18,756 bases of DNA from contig JAJHRB010000026.1 of NCBI GenBank assembly GCA_020833025.1, forward strand, positions 1 through 18,756. The letters are read 5' to 3'. Source of the stretch: Thermoproteaceae archaeon (GTDB taxonomy: Archaea > Thermoproteota > Thermoprotei > Thermoproteales > Thermoproteaceae). The position numbers were made by a program, and so were the translations under genes. The notes beneath the pieces are model-generated. The model saw nothing but the letters and a program-made list of their open reading frames with translations. It did no database searches and was not told the origin of the DNA. Below are positions 7,389 through 17,562 of the stretch, piece by piece (the first letter of the stretch is position 1; the number at the start of each line of letters is the position of its first letter).

Positions 7389-8336
7389 GTGTTCCGCGTG
7401 GTGGACCTCTTCGCGGGGGCCGGCGGGTTTGCGCTTGGGTTCAGGCTCGCCGGTTTTAAGATAACCGTTGCAGTCGACGCGGATAGAAATGCCGCGCGTA
7501 CTTACAGCGCCAACCACGGGAACGCCGTCGTGCTGCAAGAGGACGCCAGAGGCGTCGACTACAGGGACCTACTGAAGTACGCCGGCGACATCGACGTCGT
7601 AATCGGGAGTCCGCCCTGCGAGCCGTTCACCGCCGCGAATCCCAACAGAGCGGAAGACCCGGCTGACAGGCTGTACGCGGATCCCGCGGGGCAGCTGACG
7701 CTGGAGTTCGTAAGGCTCGTGGGAGAGCTGGGGCCCCGGGTCTTCGTGATGGAGAACGTTGCTGCAATAGCGAAGGAGCCTCTAAGGAGCTACATCATGC
7801 GCGAGTTCAGACTTGCGGGCTATGACGAGATTCATTTCAATGTGCTCAGTGCTGAGGACTACGGAGTGCCCAGCAGGAGGCGCCGCGCGTTCGTGTCCAA
7901 CGTGAGGATCAAGCCCCCGAAGACAGGGCGAGTCACACTCCGGGAGGCACTGAGCGGCCTACCGCCGCCTGACAGCGGGCTTGTGCCGAATCACGAGACA
8001 GCAGCTCTAAGCCGCAGGAAGCTCGCCAGGATAGCGAGGCTGAGGCCAGGCGAGGCGCTCGTGAAGTACAGGGGAGCCGGCGGGCTCTACAGAAATTACG
8101 TGAGGCTGAGCTGGGATGAAATCGCGCCGACAGTCATGGGATCCAGGAGATTCGTGCACCCGGAGGAGCACAGACTGCTAACCGTGCGCGAGCAGGCCAG
8201 GCTTATGGGCTATCCTGATTACTACGTGTTCTACGGCCCCAAGGACTCCCAGTATAACCAAGTCGGCGAGAGCGTGCCGCCGCCGCTGGCGCTCGCTGTC
8301 GCGCTTGAGGTGAAAAAGTACTTGATGACAGGCTGA
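7389..8336 (+). CDS. dcm: C5 cytosine methyltransferase (Dcm/Dnmt family)
   Basis: Motif I DLFAGAGG, motif IV GSPPCEPF, motif VI MENV, motif VIII GVPSRRRRAF, motif IX LTVREQARLMGYP, motif X QVGESVPP. GTG 7389 is preferred over TTG 7365. Confidence 0.92.
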   Translation: MFRVVDLFAGAGGFALGFRLAGFKITVAVDADRNAARTYSANHGNAVVLQEDARGVDYRDLLKYAGDIDVVIGSPPCEPFTAANPNRAEDPADRLYADPAGQLTLEFVRLVGELGPRVFVMENVAAIAKEPLRSYIMREFRLAGYDEIHFNVLSAEDYGVPSRRRRAFVSNVRIKPPKTGRVTLREALSGLPPPDSGLVPNHETAALSRRKLARIARLRPGEALVKYRGAGGLYRNYVRLSWDEIAPTVMGSRRFVHPEEHRLLTVREQARLMGYPDYYVFYGPKDSQYNQVGESVPPPLALAVALEVKKYLMTG

Positions 8337-8414
8337 GCCGCGCGGCCAGGCAGCGGGCACAACTCCGGGCGTTGTATGGCGTGGCGAGAGGCTGCATTGC
8401 TGACAGCCGCGCCG

Positions 8415-9038
8415 CTAGAGTCTGCCCAGAGCCCTGAGCAGCGCCCTCACCCTCTCCATGTCCTTGGCTCCGGGCGCGGACTCGACGCCGCTGGCCACGT
8501 CGACCATGTAAGGCCTCAGCGACGCCACGAGCCGCGCGTTCTCCGGCGCCACGCCGCCGGCCACGGCAACCCTCCCGAGGCCTACTACATCGCGGAGCGC
8601 CGAGAGCGGTACCTTGAGCCCTCCCTCGTACCTCGCGCAGCTCCCCTTTTCCGCGTCCACAAGTACGTACTCGTGCGGCATCTTCAGCAGCTCCTGTACT
8701 CTGGCCCTCAGGGGCTCGCCCGGCTTGTACGTCGCGACGGGGGCCACGGCAATCCCCCTGGACGCCGCGTAGTCGTAGTCCCCAGGCGACAGCGCGCCGT
8801 GGTGCTGGACGACGGGAATCTCGCTCTCCGCGGCCAGATCCACAGCACTCCTGGGGGGCAGGGAGGCCGCGACCAGCACGGGCCTGCTCCTATGGACGGC
8901 CTCCCTCAGCTCCCTGAGAAGCCACGGCGGGACCGAGCGGGGGCTCGACGGCTCCACGATGAAGCCCGCGTAGTCCACGAGCCCGTCCAGGGCGAGCGCG
9001 TCGGCGGGTCTCGCTATCCCGCATATCTTGACCAGCAC
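8415..9038 (-). CDS. trpF: Phosphoribosylanthranilate isomerase
   Basis: [36 protein letters not shown]. Confidence 0.92.
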   Translation of the reverse strand: MLVKICGIARPADALALDGLVDYAGFIVEPSSPRSVPPWLLRELREAVHRSRPVLVAASLPPRSAVDLAAESEIPVVQHHGALSPGDYDYAASRGIAVAPVATYKPGEPLRARVQELLKMPHEYVLVDAEKGSCARYEGGLKVPLSALRDVVGLGRVAVAGGVAPENARLVASLRPYMVDVASGVESAPGAKDMERVRALLRALGRL

Positions 9039-9363
9039 GCCATCCCGCCAGCCGCAGTAATAAATACCGCAGCCGGCAGAGGCGCGCCCGCCGCTGGCCC
9101 AGGTCTTGAGGAGAGTCTGCCCGGCAGTCTCGGCGTACTACAGTGCTGCCGCCGGCAATTCTAGTTCTTCGTGCAAACCTCAGGCCGGCCCTCTCCCGGG
9201 AGATATTTACGCACAACTCTCTCGAGCCGTTCCAGCTTGTCGCCAAAGACTCCCGGCTCTCGGAGCTGCGGACAGGGATTTGCACTTGCGCGTAGGGGGG
9301 CTTTTCAGCCGAGCCGTAGCGCTGCAGACCAACGCTTTAATATCGCGCAGCGCGTGGGCAGCA

Positions 9364-10872
9364 GTGCTCGAGATACTTGCCTTTATTGCCAGCTGGCTCG
9401 CCGTGGTGTCGGCTGTTTATATCGCAAATAAGCGGGCGGTTAAGTGCTTCGTCGTAATTTACTGGAGAAGCGAGACCCTCATTAAGCTAGTCGAAAGCGC
9501 GACCAAGAGGCTACGCTTTCTCCCACTCAAAGTTTACCTGCCGCTTGCAGTCGCGCTCTTCGCGCTGCCTGTATTTGTCGCCATGCCGCTTATCGCGCCA
9601 GACGGCAGCGTCCAAGCGCTCCCGGGGTTCGCGCTCAGCCTGCTGCTAGGTACGCTAAACTCCGCGGGCGAGCTCATCCGCGGAGTGTCCGTGAGCGAGG
9701 CGGCAGGGCGCTCTGCAGGGCTCGTGCCGATAATTCCCGGCTTCACGCTGCCGTGGGAGCACGTACCGTACCTCGCTCTTGCCATAGCCACGGCTGTCGT
9801 CGCGCACGAGCTAATGCACGGTTACGCGGCACTGCGGCATGGAGTGCGCGTGAGGTCTGTTGGCGTGTTCTCGGTATTTTACATAGTCAGCGGCGCGTTC
9901 GTCGAGCCCGACGAGGACAGCTTTAAGAAATGCGGGCTGAGGGCTAAGGCAGCTATTCTGACCAGCGGCGTTGCCGCCAATGTCGCGCTGGCTATGATTA
10001 TCATGCTCGCCGGCGTTGCATGCGCCTCATTGGGGCTCTACGGCGCTGTTATGAGCGCACACGCCCTCGGGCTCCAGCCCGGCGATAGGGTCGTCGAGCT
10101 TCACGGGTGCGGGATGCACGAGAGGGTGTACAGTCCCGAGGACTTCCTGCTCAAACTCAACACACTAGCGGGTGTGGGCCCGCTCCTCGGCGTGAGCACG
10201 ACGGCGCGGTGCAGCCCCCACGACAGAGTCACGCTTGTCGTGTACCGCCACCTCCAGAAACTCGAGATCGCTGTCGACGGCACAGAGCTGATCGCCGCGC
10301 CCCGGGTGCTCTGGCTGCAGCCCAACGGGTCGCTCTACGCAGGCGGCGTGAGACCAGGAGATGTAATAAAACGGATTGAGGGCTGCGGCGTTAGCCAGGA
10401 CATCGGGAGCGCGGGCGAACTGCTGTCGTCGGTGCTAGAGCTGAGAGAGAGGTGCAGGCCGGGAGACACCCTGAGAGTCTTGGTGGAGAGAGACGGCGCC
10501 AGAGTGATGCTGAACATTACGCTCGTGGAGCACAACGGCCGGGCGTTCTTCGGGCTGGGCCCGCGGAGCCTTCCCCTTCTGGGCTACGACGAGGGGCCTC
10601 TCTCGAGGGAGAAGCTCCGCAGCTCGGAGCTCTCAAAGCTGGTATTCTGGCTCGTCGTGGTAAACTACAGTCTTGCCGTCCTTAACGCGCTTCCTGTATA
10701 CCCGCTTGACGGCGGCCAGCTGTTGTACGCACTGTTGCGGAGGAGGTTTGGCGAGAGATTTAGCAAGGCCGCCACCGGAGTTGTGTCGGCGGCCTTCGCG
10801 ACCATGATAGCCTTCAATGCGTCTCTCGGCGTGCTGGGAGAGCAGTACAGGCCCCTCCTTGCGCTGAGATAG
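9364..10872 (+). CDS. Site-2 (M50) intramembrane metalloprotease with two PDZ-like repeats
   Basis: HELMH zinc motif, GAFVEPD, GVAANV, NALPVYPLDGG. GTG 9364 follows TTTAATAT (9336-9343); the track's 86-residue N-terminal extension from 9106 looks non-coding. Confidence 0.9.
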   Translation: MLEILAFIASWLAVVSAVYIANKRAVKCFVVIYWRSETLIKLVESATKRLRFLPLKVYLPLAVALFALPVFVAMPLIAPDGSVQALPGFALSLLLGTLNSAGELIRGVSVSEAAGRSAGLVPIIPGFTLPWEHVPYLALAIATAVVAHELMHGYAALRHGVRVRSVGVFSVFYIVSGAFVEPDEDSFKKCGLRAKAAILTSGVAANVALAMIIMLAGVACASLGLYGAVMSAHALGLQPGDRVVELHGCGMHERVYSPEDFLLKLNTLAGVGPLLGVSTTARCSPHDRVTLVVYRHLQKLEIAVDGTELIAAPRVLWLQPNGSLYAGGVRPGDVIKRIEGCGVSQDIGSAGELLSSVLELRERCRPGDTLRVLVERDGARVMLNITLVEHNGRAFFGLGPRSLPLLGYDEGPLSREKLRSSELSKLVFWLVVVNYSLAVLNALPVYPLDGGQLLYALLRRRFGERFSKAATGVVSAAFATMIAFNASLGVLGEQYRPLLALR

Positions 10873-10943
10873 CGTCAAACCCCAGTCCCAGCGCGGCGAG
10901 GGCTGCAGGCGCAATGCAAAAATGGCCGGCCTAGGAGCCCGGC

Positions 10944-11462
10944 GTGAGCCGGACCGCGGCCCTGCTGGCCGTGCTGCTGATCGCGGCGGCGCTCTCTGCC
11001 GCTCTACCCGTTGAGCTTTTCGTGTCGGACGCGCCGCGACCTGCTCCGAATAAGATAGTCACGCCGGGCGGCGTGACGTCAGCTGGCGGGACGCCGCCGT
11101 GGCTGTACGCGTGGAGGGCAGCGCTGGTAATGATATTGGCGCTTTTCGCGGCGCTCGTCGCGTCGTTCTTTACTAAGATGACCGCAAGAGCGAGACTCAC
11201 CCTCGCGGCAATCTCGGCGCTTGCCGCCGGAATGCACTATCTGGCGTTACTGCTCACGTCCAGCCCGCCCGGCTTCGGCATTGCCGTGTACCCGCTGTTC
11301 TACGAGGTTAGAGTTGGCAGCACATCCCAGCTCTACCTCGACATCGGCCAGCTCCTCCTTGCTTACTCGGCATACTCGCTGTATGTAGTTTACCGTGCAA
11401 GGCGCGCCCCGCGCGGGAGGGAGTCCCGGCTCACCTCAAGAACTTCTCCTCGAGCGACTTGA
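10944..11462 (+). CDS. Hypothetical membrane protein (signal-peptide-like N-terminus, about 3 further hydrophobic segments)
   Basis: Hydrophobic stretches; AGGAG precedes the GTG start. Overlaps the TIP49 3' end convergently. Confidence 0.75.
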   Translation: MSRTAALLAVLLIAAALSAALPVELFVSDAPRPAPNKIVTPGGVTSAGGTPPWLYAWRAALVMILALFAALVASFFTKMTARARLTLAAISALAAGMHYLALLLTSSPPGFGIAVYPLFYEVRVGSTSQLYLDIGQLLLAYSAYSLYVVYRARRAPRGRESRLTSRTSPRAT

Positions 11463-12789
11463 CGTACTCGACCGACTCCCTCACTGATATGAAGTGTCTC
11501 TTGACGTACTCGACTTCTTCTCTGTCCACCACCGACTTGCCTTTCTCCTTTGCTATGATGTAAGCCGGCGTCAGAAGCTGCAGCGCGTACCTGAGTGAGT
11601 GCTCCTCGCCTATTTTTGTCAAGTGCTCCAGCGCGTCTTTGCTCAGCGTAATGTTCTGCTCGCGCGCCTTTATGCTGACTATCTCGCGTATCTCGTCGGC
11701 GGTGTACGGCTTGGTCTTTATTATGACGAGCCTGTCCAACATATCTTGCGGCACGCCGTGCGGCGACTCGATGTCCGTGCCGCGTATCTTTGTCACTCCC
11801 CTGTTTGTGGCAAGGATTATCACCGGCGCGAGCTCTGTCTCCATCGCCCTCATGAGGAAAGAAAAGCACTCCACGTCGAGGAGACTAGCATCGTCTATGA
11901 ACAGGACGCCAGGCACGAGCTCCGCCTTGCCCTCCTCAACTAGCTTCTTCACGGCCTCGTCTGCCTGCTTCCTTATCTCGTCGGGTATCTCGCGCACCTC
12001 CTCTGCAAAGCCGAATAGCATTGCAGATACCAGCCCCCTCTGCCTCGCGAGAGAGAAGTCAACGTCGTGAAGTGTGAAGAACTTCACTATCTCCCTTTCC
12101 TTGTACACCGGGCCCTTAGGCAGCTCCACCCTCCTCCTGACTGATACGTCATACTGCTCGCCGCTCTCGCCCCTCCCGACGACGCTGACGGCGCCTGTCT
12201 CTTCGTCAATCATTACTATGTCGCCCTCCTCAACGCCGAGCTCTACGAATTGCTCGGCAATTTCTGCCGGCACGCGCAGCATCTTCTCCTCGTCTCTCGT
12301 GCGCAGCTTTATGGTGGCCCCTAGCACTCTCTGCAGGTATGGATTATATGGATACTTCCCATATCTGTACTCGATGCTCCTGACCTCTCCCTCGTACACC
12401 TTCCTCCACTCTCTAATCTTGATACCTATTGCCCTCCTCAGCGCGCGCATTAAGAACTCTGTTTTCTTGACCTCTAGGGAGTATATCTCGCCGCCTGAAA
12501 TTGCGACGAACGGAGTCTCGGGACCCAGCTCTCTCGCAATGCCTATGGCGAGGGCTGTCTTGCCCGTGCCGGGCGGGCCTACTATTAGAACGCCCCTCCC
12601 GGCGAACTTCCCCTCCCTGATCATTTTTACCACAATATATGCCGCCTCCCGCGCCTCCACCTGACCGACAAATCCGTCGGCAACAAACTCAACTCTGCCG
12701 TTTCTAATGCCGAGGCCCCTAATGTGGCTGTGCGCAGCAAAGCGCTCCACGCGAGGCCTTACCTCCTCTATCCTAATAGCTGACGACAT
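11431..12789 (-). CDS. TIP49/RuvB-like AAA+ ATPase (TBP-interacting protein)
   Basis: AAHSHIRGLG, GQVEAREAA, Walker A GPPGTGKT, Walker B FIDDA, ATNRG, PHGVPQDMLDRL, SLRYALQLL. Confidence 0.95.
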   Translation of the reverse strand: MSSAIRIEEVRPRVERFAAHSHIRGLGIRNGRVEFVADGFVGQVEAREAAYIVVKMIREGKFAGRGVLIVGPPGTGKTALAIGIARELGPETPFVAISGGEIYSLEVKKTEFLMRALRRAIGIKIREWRKVYEGEVRSIEYRYGKYPYNPYLQRVLGATIKLRTRDEEKMLRVPAEIAEQFVELGVEEGDIVMIDEETGAVSVVGRGESGEQYDVSVRRRVELPKGPVYKEREIVKFFTLHDVDFSLARQRGLVSAMLFGFAEEVREIPDEIRKQADEAVKKLVEEGKAELVPGVLFIDDASLLDVECFSFLMRAMETELAPVIILATNRGVTKIRGTDIESPHGVPQDMLDRLVIIKTKPYTADEIREIVSIKAREQNITLSKDALEHLTKIGEEHSLRYALQLLTPAYIIAKEKGKSVVDREEVEYVKRHFISVRESVEYVKSLEEKFLR

Positions 12790-12810
12790 CCACCGGCCCT
12801 GACGCGTGCC

Positions 12811-12826
12811 CTTTAAAAACTTTTAA
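12811..12826. promoter_or_regulatory. Back-to-back TATA boxes for divergent TIP49 and the wHTH gene
   Basis: CTTTAAAA (12811-12818) is 22 nt from ATG 12789; TTTTAA (12821-12826) is 23 nt from GTG 12849. Confidence 0.6.
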
Positions 12827-12848
12827 CACGCGCCGGGCACCTCGGTGT

Positions 12849-13523
12849 GTGAAAAACAGGGATGTGATGTACCTCCAGCTGCTGCTAACGCTATACTGCG
12901 CGGACGCGTTAATTGGCAGGAGGGGTCTCGCGGCAGAGTTAAAAGTAGGTGAGGGAGTCGTGCGGACGCTGCTGAGAGTCGGGCGCGCTCTGGGGCACGT
13001 CGTTGCGTCACGGGGAGGCGCGAGGGTATCGAGCGCGGGAATTGCCTTCATTAGAGAGGTCTTAGGCCTCTGCGGCGTGCTGGACGTCTTTGTAATTCAC
13101 GAGGCAAGAGAGCTGCTGTGCGGCAGGAAGTGCATTGCATACGTTACTGACGACAGCGTGAATAATGTGACCGCATTCCGCGATGAGCTTGTGAGGCTCG
13201 GCGCGTGCGGCGCCCTAATTCTGGAGCGCTCGCGCGGCGTGTGGAAAATCCCGCCAATTGACGCGCCACTCGCCGAGTTCAGCTGGCCGCTCGCAGACCT
13301 CCTGGACTCGCGCGTTAAGAGCGGCAGTACCGTTGTGATATCGTGCGGTGAGACTTTTTCAGACGCGCTGGGCCTTGTAGTGCTTAAATGCGCGCGCCTA
13401 CTCGGCCCTTGCAGCCGCCGGGAGCGGGCGGCGCGGCGCACGGCCTCAATAGATGCACGGCGCGGTCCCGCTGGTGATGACAGGAGCCCGGCGGACTGCA
13501 ATGATAGACGGCATCCTATCTGA
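12849..13523 (+). CDS. Winged-helix protein (DUF4443-like, putative regulator)
   Basis: N-terminal IGRRGLAAELKVGEGVVRTLL HTH, and RDELVRLGACGALIL. The C-terminal 40 or so residues are low quality and run through a C/D sRNA. Confidence 0.7.
   Translation: MKNRDVMYLQLLLTLYCADALIGRRGLAAELKVGEGVVRTLLRVGRALGHVVASRGGARVSSAGIAFIREVLGLCGVLDVFVIHEARELLCGRKCIAYVTDDSVNNVTAFRDELVRLGACGALILERSRGVWKIPPIDAPLAEFSWPLADLLDSRVKSGSTVVISCGETFSDALGLVVLKCARLLGPCSRRERAARRTASIDARRGPAGDDRSPADCNDRRHPI
13474..13523 (+). ncRNA. Box C/D methylation-guide sRNA
   Basis: C box GUGAUGA (13474-80), guide CAGGAGCCCGG, D' CGGA, C' AUGAUAG (13501-07), guide ACGGCAUCCUAU, D box CUGA (13520-23). 50-nt core with a 5-bp terminal stem CGCUG/CGGCG. 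Confidence 0.8.
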
Positions 13524-13585
13524 CGGCGCTGCGCATTGGCGTCAAGCTGCGGAGATGAGCTCAAAAAGCGCTGCGCAATTACAAC

Positions 13586-14821
13586 GTGCTCAGTGAGGAG
13601 ACCCTAGAGCGCGGCGAGAGGGAGAGAGTGTTGGAGACGCCGTGTGGCCCCGTCGCTTACGGGCTGGAGAATGTGATAGTGAAGGTAACGAGCATCAGCG
13701 ACATTGACGGTGAGAGAGGCATTCTGTGGTACCGCGGCTACAGGATAGATGAGCTGGCGCGACACTCAACCTACGAGGAAACGGCATACTTGCTGCTCTA
13801 CGGGAGGCTTCCCAGCAGAAGAGAGCTAGAGGACTTCAGGGGCAGATTGCTAGCCAGCATGGAGCTTAGCCCAGTCACTGTCAGCATCCTGAGGGAGCTC
13901 GCCGGCGTGCACCCTATGTTCGCTATGGAGAGCGCGCTAGCCGCTGAGGGCGCCTTTGACAGCGAGAACCAGAGGCTCTCCGAGGCGCTGAAGCAGGGAA
14001 AATACAGCGCGGCCGAGATGAAGCTGGCAATTAAGGTCGCAGAGAGATTGATCGCCAAGCTGCCCATCATCGTCGCGTGGCACTACAGACTCTCGCGCCG
14101 TCTCGATGTGATAAAGCCCAGAGAAGACTTGTCATACGCTGCCAATATTCTGTACGTGATGTCCGGCAGGGAGCCAGACCCCATAATGACCAGGGGCATG
14201 GATCTCTTTCTCGTCCTTCACGCGGATCACGAAATTCCGGCAAGCACGTTTGCCGCCCTGGTCACCGCGTCGACCTTCAGCGACATGTACTCTGTGATAG
14301 TTACAGCACTTGCGGCGCTCAAGGGGCCCCTCCACGGCGGGGCGAATGAGGCCGCGCTGGCCAATTACATGAGGGTAGGCGATCCCGCCAAGGCGAAGGA
14401 TGTCGTCGAGGCGGCAGCCAAGCCCAAGGGCCCGAGGCTTGCTGGCGTTGGCCACAGAGTCTACAGGACTTACGACCCCAGGGCTGCAATACTCAGGGAG
14501 TTTTTCACGCGCGAATTCCTGCCCAAGTTTGGAGACCCTGACGGGCTCTTCTCAATCGCAAGCGCGATAGAGCGGGAGGTGCTCAACCATCCGTACTTCC
14601 AGCAGAGAAGGCTCTACCCAAATGTCGACTTCTGGTCCGGCATACTGCTCCACTATATGGGGGTGCCGCGCGAGTACTTCACGCCCATGTTTGCAGTGTC
14701 TAGAGTCGCCGGCTGGCTCGCGCACGCTCTCGAGTACTGGGAGAATAACAGAATATTAAGGCCGCGTGCATGCTACGTGGGGCCGCGCGACTTGAAGTAT
14801 GTGCTTATCGACGAGAGGTGA
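13586..14821 (+). CDS. gltA: Citrate synthase
   Basis: YGLENV, YRGYRI, LHADHE, GPLHGGANE, GVGHRVY..YDPRA, YPNVDFWSG, SRVAGWLAH. Confidence 0.97.
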   Translation: MLSEETLERGERERVLETPCGPVAYGLENVIVKVTSISDIDGERGILWYRGYRIDELARHSTYEETAYLLLYGRLPSRRELEDFRGRLLASMELSPVTVSILRELAGVHPMFAMESALAAEGAFDSENQRLSEALKQGKYSAAEMKLAIKVAERLIAKLPIIVAWHYRLSRRLDVIKPREDLSYAANILYVMSGREPDPIMTRGMDLFLVLHADHEIPASTFAALVTASTFSDMYSVIVTALAALKGPLHGGANEAALANYMRVGDPAKAKDVVEAAAKPKGPRLAGVGHRVYRTYDPRAAILREFFTREFLPKFGDPDGLFSIASAIEREVLNHPYFQQRRLYPNVDFWSGILLHYMGVPREYFTPMFAVSRVAGWLAHALEYWENNRILRPRACYVGPRDLKYVLIDER

Positions 14822-15230
14822 GACCTGGGAGCTGAGAGTGCATGCAGGCAGCACTCGTACCGTGCAGATAGAGACGTGCATAGAGGGCGGCCGCGAGTAT
14901 GCCGCGCTCAAGAGCGAGGGACGCGTGGTCGCGATAAAATCGCTGCCGCGGGGTGCGCTGCGGAGATACGTCGAGCGCGTGCTGAACGAGCCTCTTGAGG
15001 AGATGAGGATTATCAGGCTGCAGGGAGCCCGGGTAGTAATAGACAGGGAAGTGCGCAAGCCAGGCTGGCTTTACTTCCCCGAGTGCAGGCTCGCAGTAGG
15101 CGTGATATTCTGCGGCCGCGAGGGAGTGCTCGCGTCGGCGAGAGTGTGCGGACGGACTGCATATTTCGTGCCCCTCGACAAGCCAATTCTGCACGCGCTT
15201 GACGTCGCCGAGATTCGTGATTTTTACTAG
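14799..15230 (+). CDS. Hypothetical protein
   Basis: Open frame with protein-like composition directly after gltA. The true start may be GTG 14838 or 14862. Confidence 0.65.
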   Translation: MCLSTRGETWELRVHAGSTRTVQIETCIEGGREYAALKSEGRVVAIKSLPRGALRRYVERVLNEPLEEMRIIRLQGARVVIDREVRKPGWLYFPECRLAVGVIFCGREGVLASARVCGRTAYFVPLDKPILHALDVAEIRDFY

Positions 15231-15260
15231 CGGAACGTCAGAGGCGCCCGAGATACCGCG

Positions 15261-15309
15261 TCAGAAGCTTCGGCCCGCTCACCTGTCACCCCGGAAACCT
15301 TGACATCAC
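15261..15309 (-). ncRNA. Box C/D methylation-guide sRNA (double guide, likely 16S rRNA)
   Basis: C box GUGAUGU (15309-03), guide CAAGGUUUCCGGG, D' GUGA (15289-86), C' GUGAGCG (15282-76), guide GGCCGAAGCUU, D box CUGA (15264-61). ATTAAAA (15336-30) lies about 21 nt upstream. The guides complement Thermoproteales 16S segments CCGGAAACCUU and AAGCUU(G)CGGC as recalled from memory. Confidence 0.85.
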
Positions 15310-15346
15310 ACGGCTCCCGCCGCCCAGTCTTTTAATCGTTTGCGCG

Positions 15347-16916
<1,570 letters not shown>

Positions 16917-16950
16917 AGCTGATAAAGGGGGAAAGCCGGCTTATAACAGG

Positions 16951-17562
16951 CTACGAGGGCGAGGTCTGCCTCGTCTGCCCTCTCGCGCCGAGTATGAGCT
17001 TAATCACGTACTCGCCGGCGATCTCTGTGTGCTCGAACGGCCTCTTTTGAGGCCTCCCCCTGAAGTTGATTATGTGGACCACACTCTCGGCGGCGCTGGC
17101 AGCCGCGAAGGCATAGTAACGATTTGCCATCTGGTGCATCTCTACCTCCTCCTCGCTCTCGACATCTCTCGCTCTCGTTGGGTCCCCAGCACGTCTCTTT
17201 ATTATTTCCTGGGGGTCGTACTCTATCAGCACGATTGCGTCTGGCTTGAGCTTTGCGGCCACTCTGTCCGGGAGGCCGGGGTAGTAGCCGCCGCCTATCT
17301 TAATTGATGCGTGCGTGTCCACTATGACGTCGCCTGGCATTGACGCTATATACTCTGCGGCCTCCTCCTGCAGCCTGCGGTACTCCTCAACTGGAATCCT
17401 CTTCCTCATCTCGTCTCTATGCTGAATGCCAAATTTCTTCTTAGCGAGCTCGAACATTATGTCGCCGAAATTCACTATTTTTACATCTGGCAATTTCTCC
17501 CTGATGTAATTCATTATTGTTGTCTTGCCGCTGCCGGGAAGCGCCACTAGGACTACCCTCAT
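16951..17562 (-). CDS. adkA: Archaeal-type adenylate kinase
   Basis: ALPGSGKTT, VNFGDIMFE, HRDEMRK, IVDTHASIK..GYYPGLP, HQMANR. Confidence 0.93.
   Translation of the reverse strand: MRVVLVALPGSGKTTIMNYIREKLPDVKIVNFGDIMFELAKKKFGIQHRDEMRKRIPVEEYRRLQEEAAEYIASMPGDVIVDTHASIKIGGGYYPGLPDRVAAKLKPDAIVLIEYDPQEIIKRRAGDPTRARDVESEEEVEMHQMANRYYAFAAASAAESVVHIINFRGRPQKRPFEHTEIAGEYVIKLILGARGQTRQTSPS

Noticed and set aside
9275-9295. GTGCAAATCCC on the minus strand resembling a tRNA T-loop
   Set aside because: The flanks do not form a T-stem and there is no cloverleaf.
10933-10944. 12-nt identity (AGGAGCCCGGCG) with the D' guide of the 13474 sRNA
   Set aside because: It has the same sense as the local mRNA, so the sRNA could not pair with it. 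A 12-mer match in GC-rich DNA is plausibly chance.
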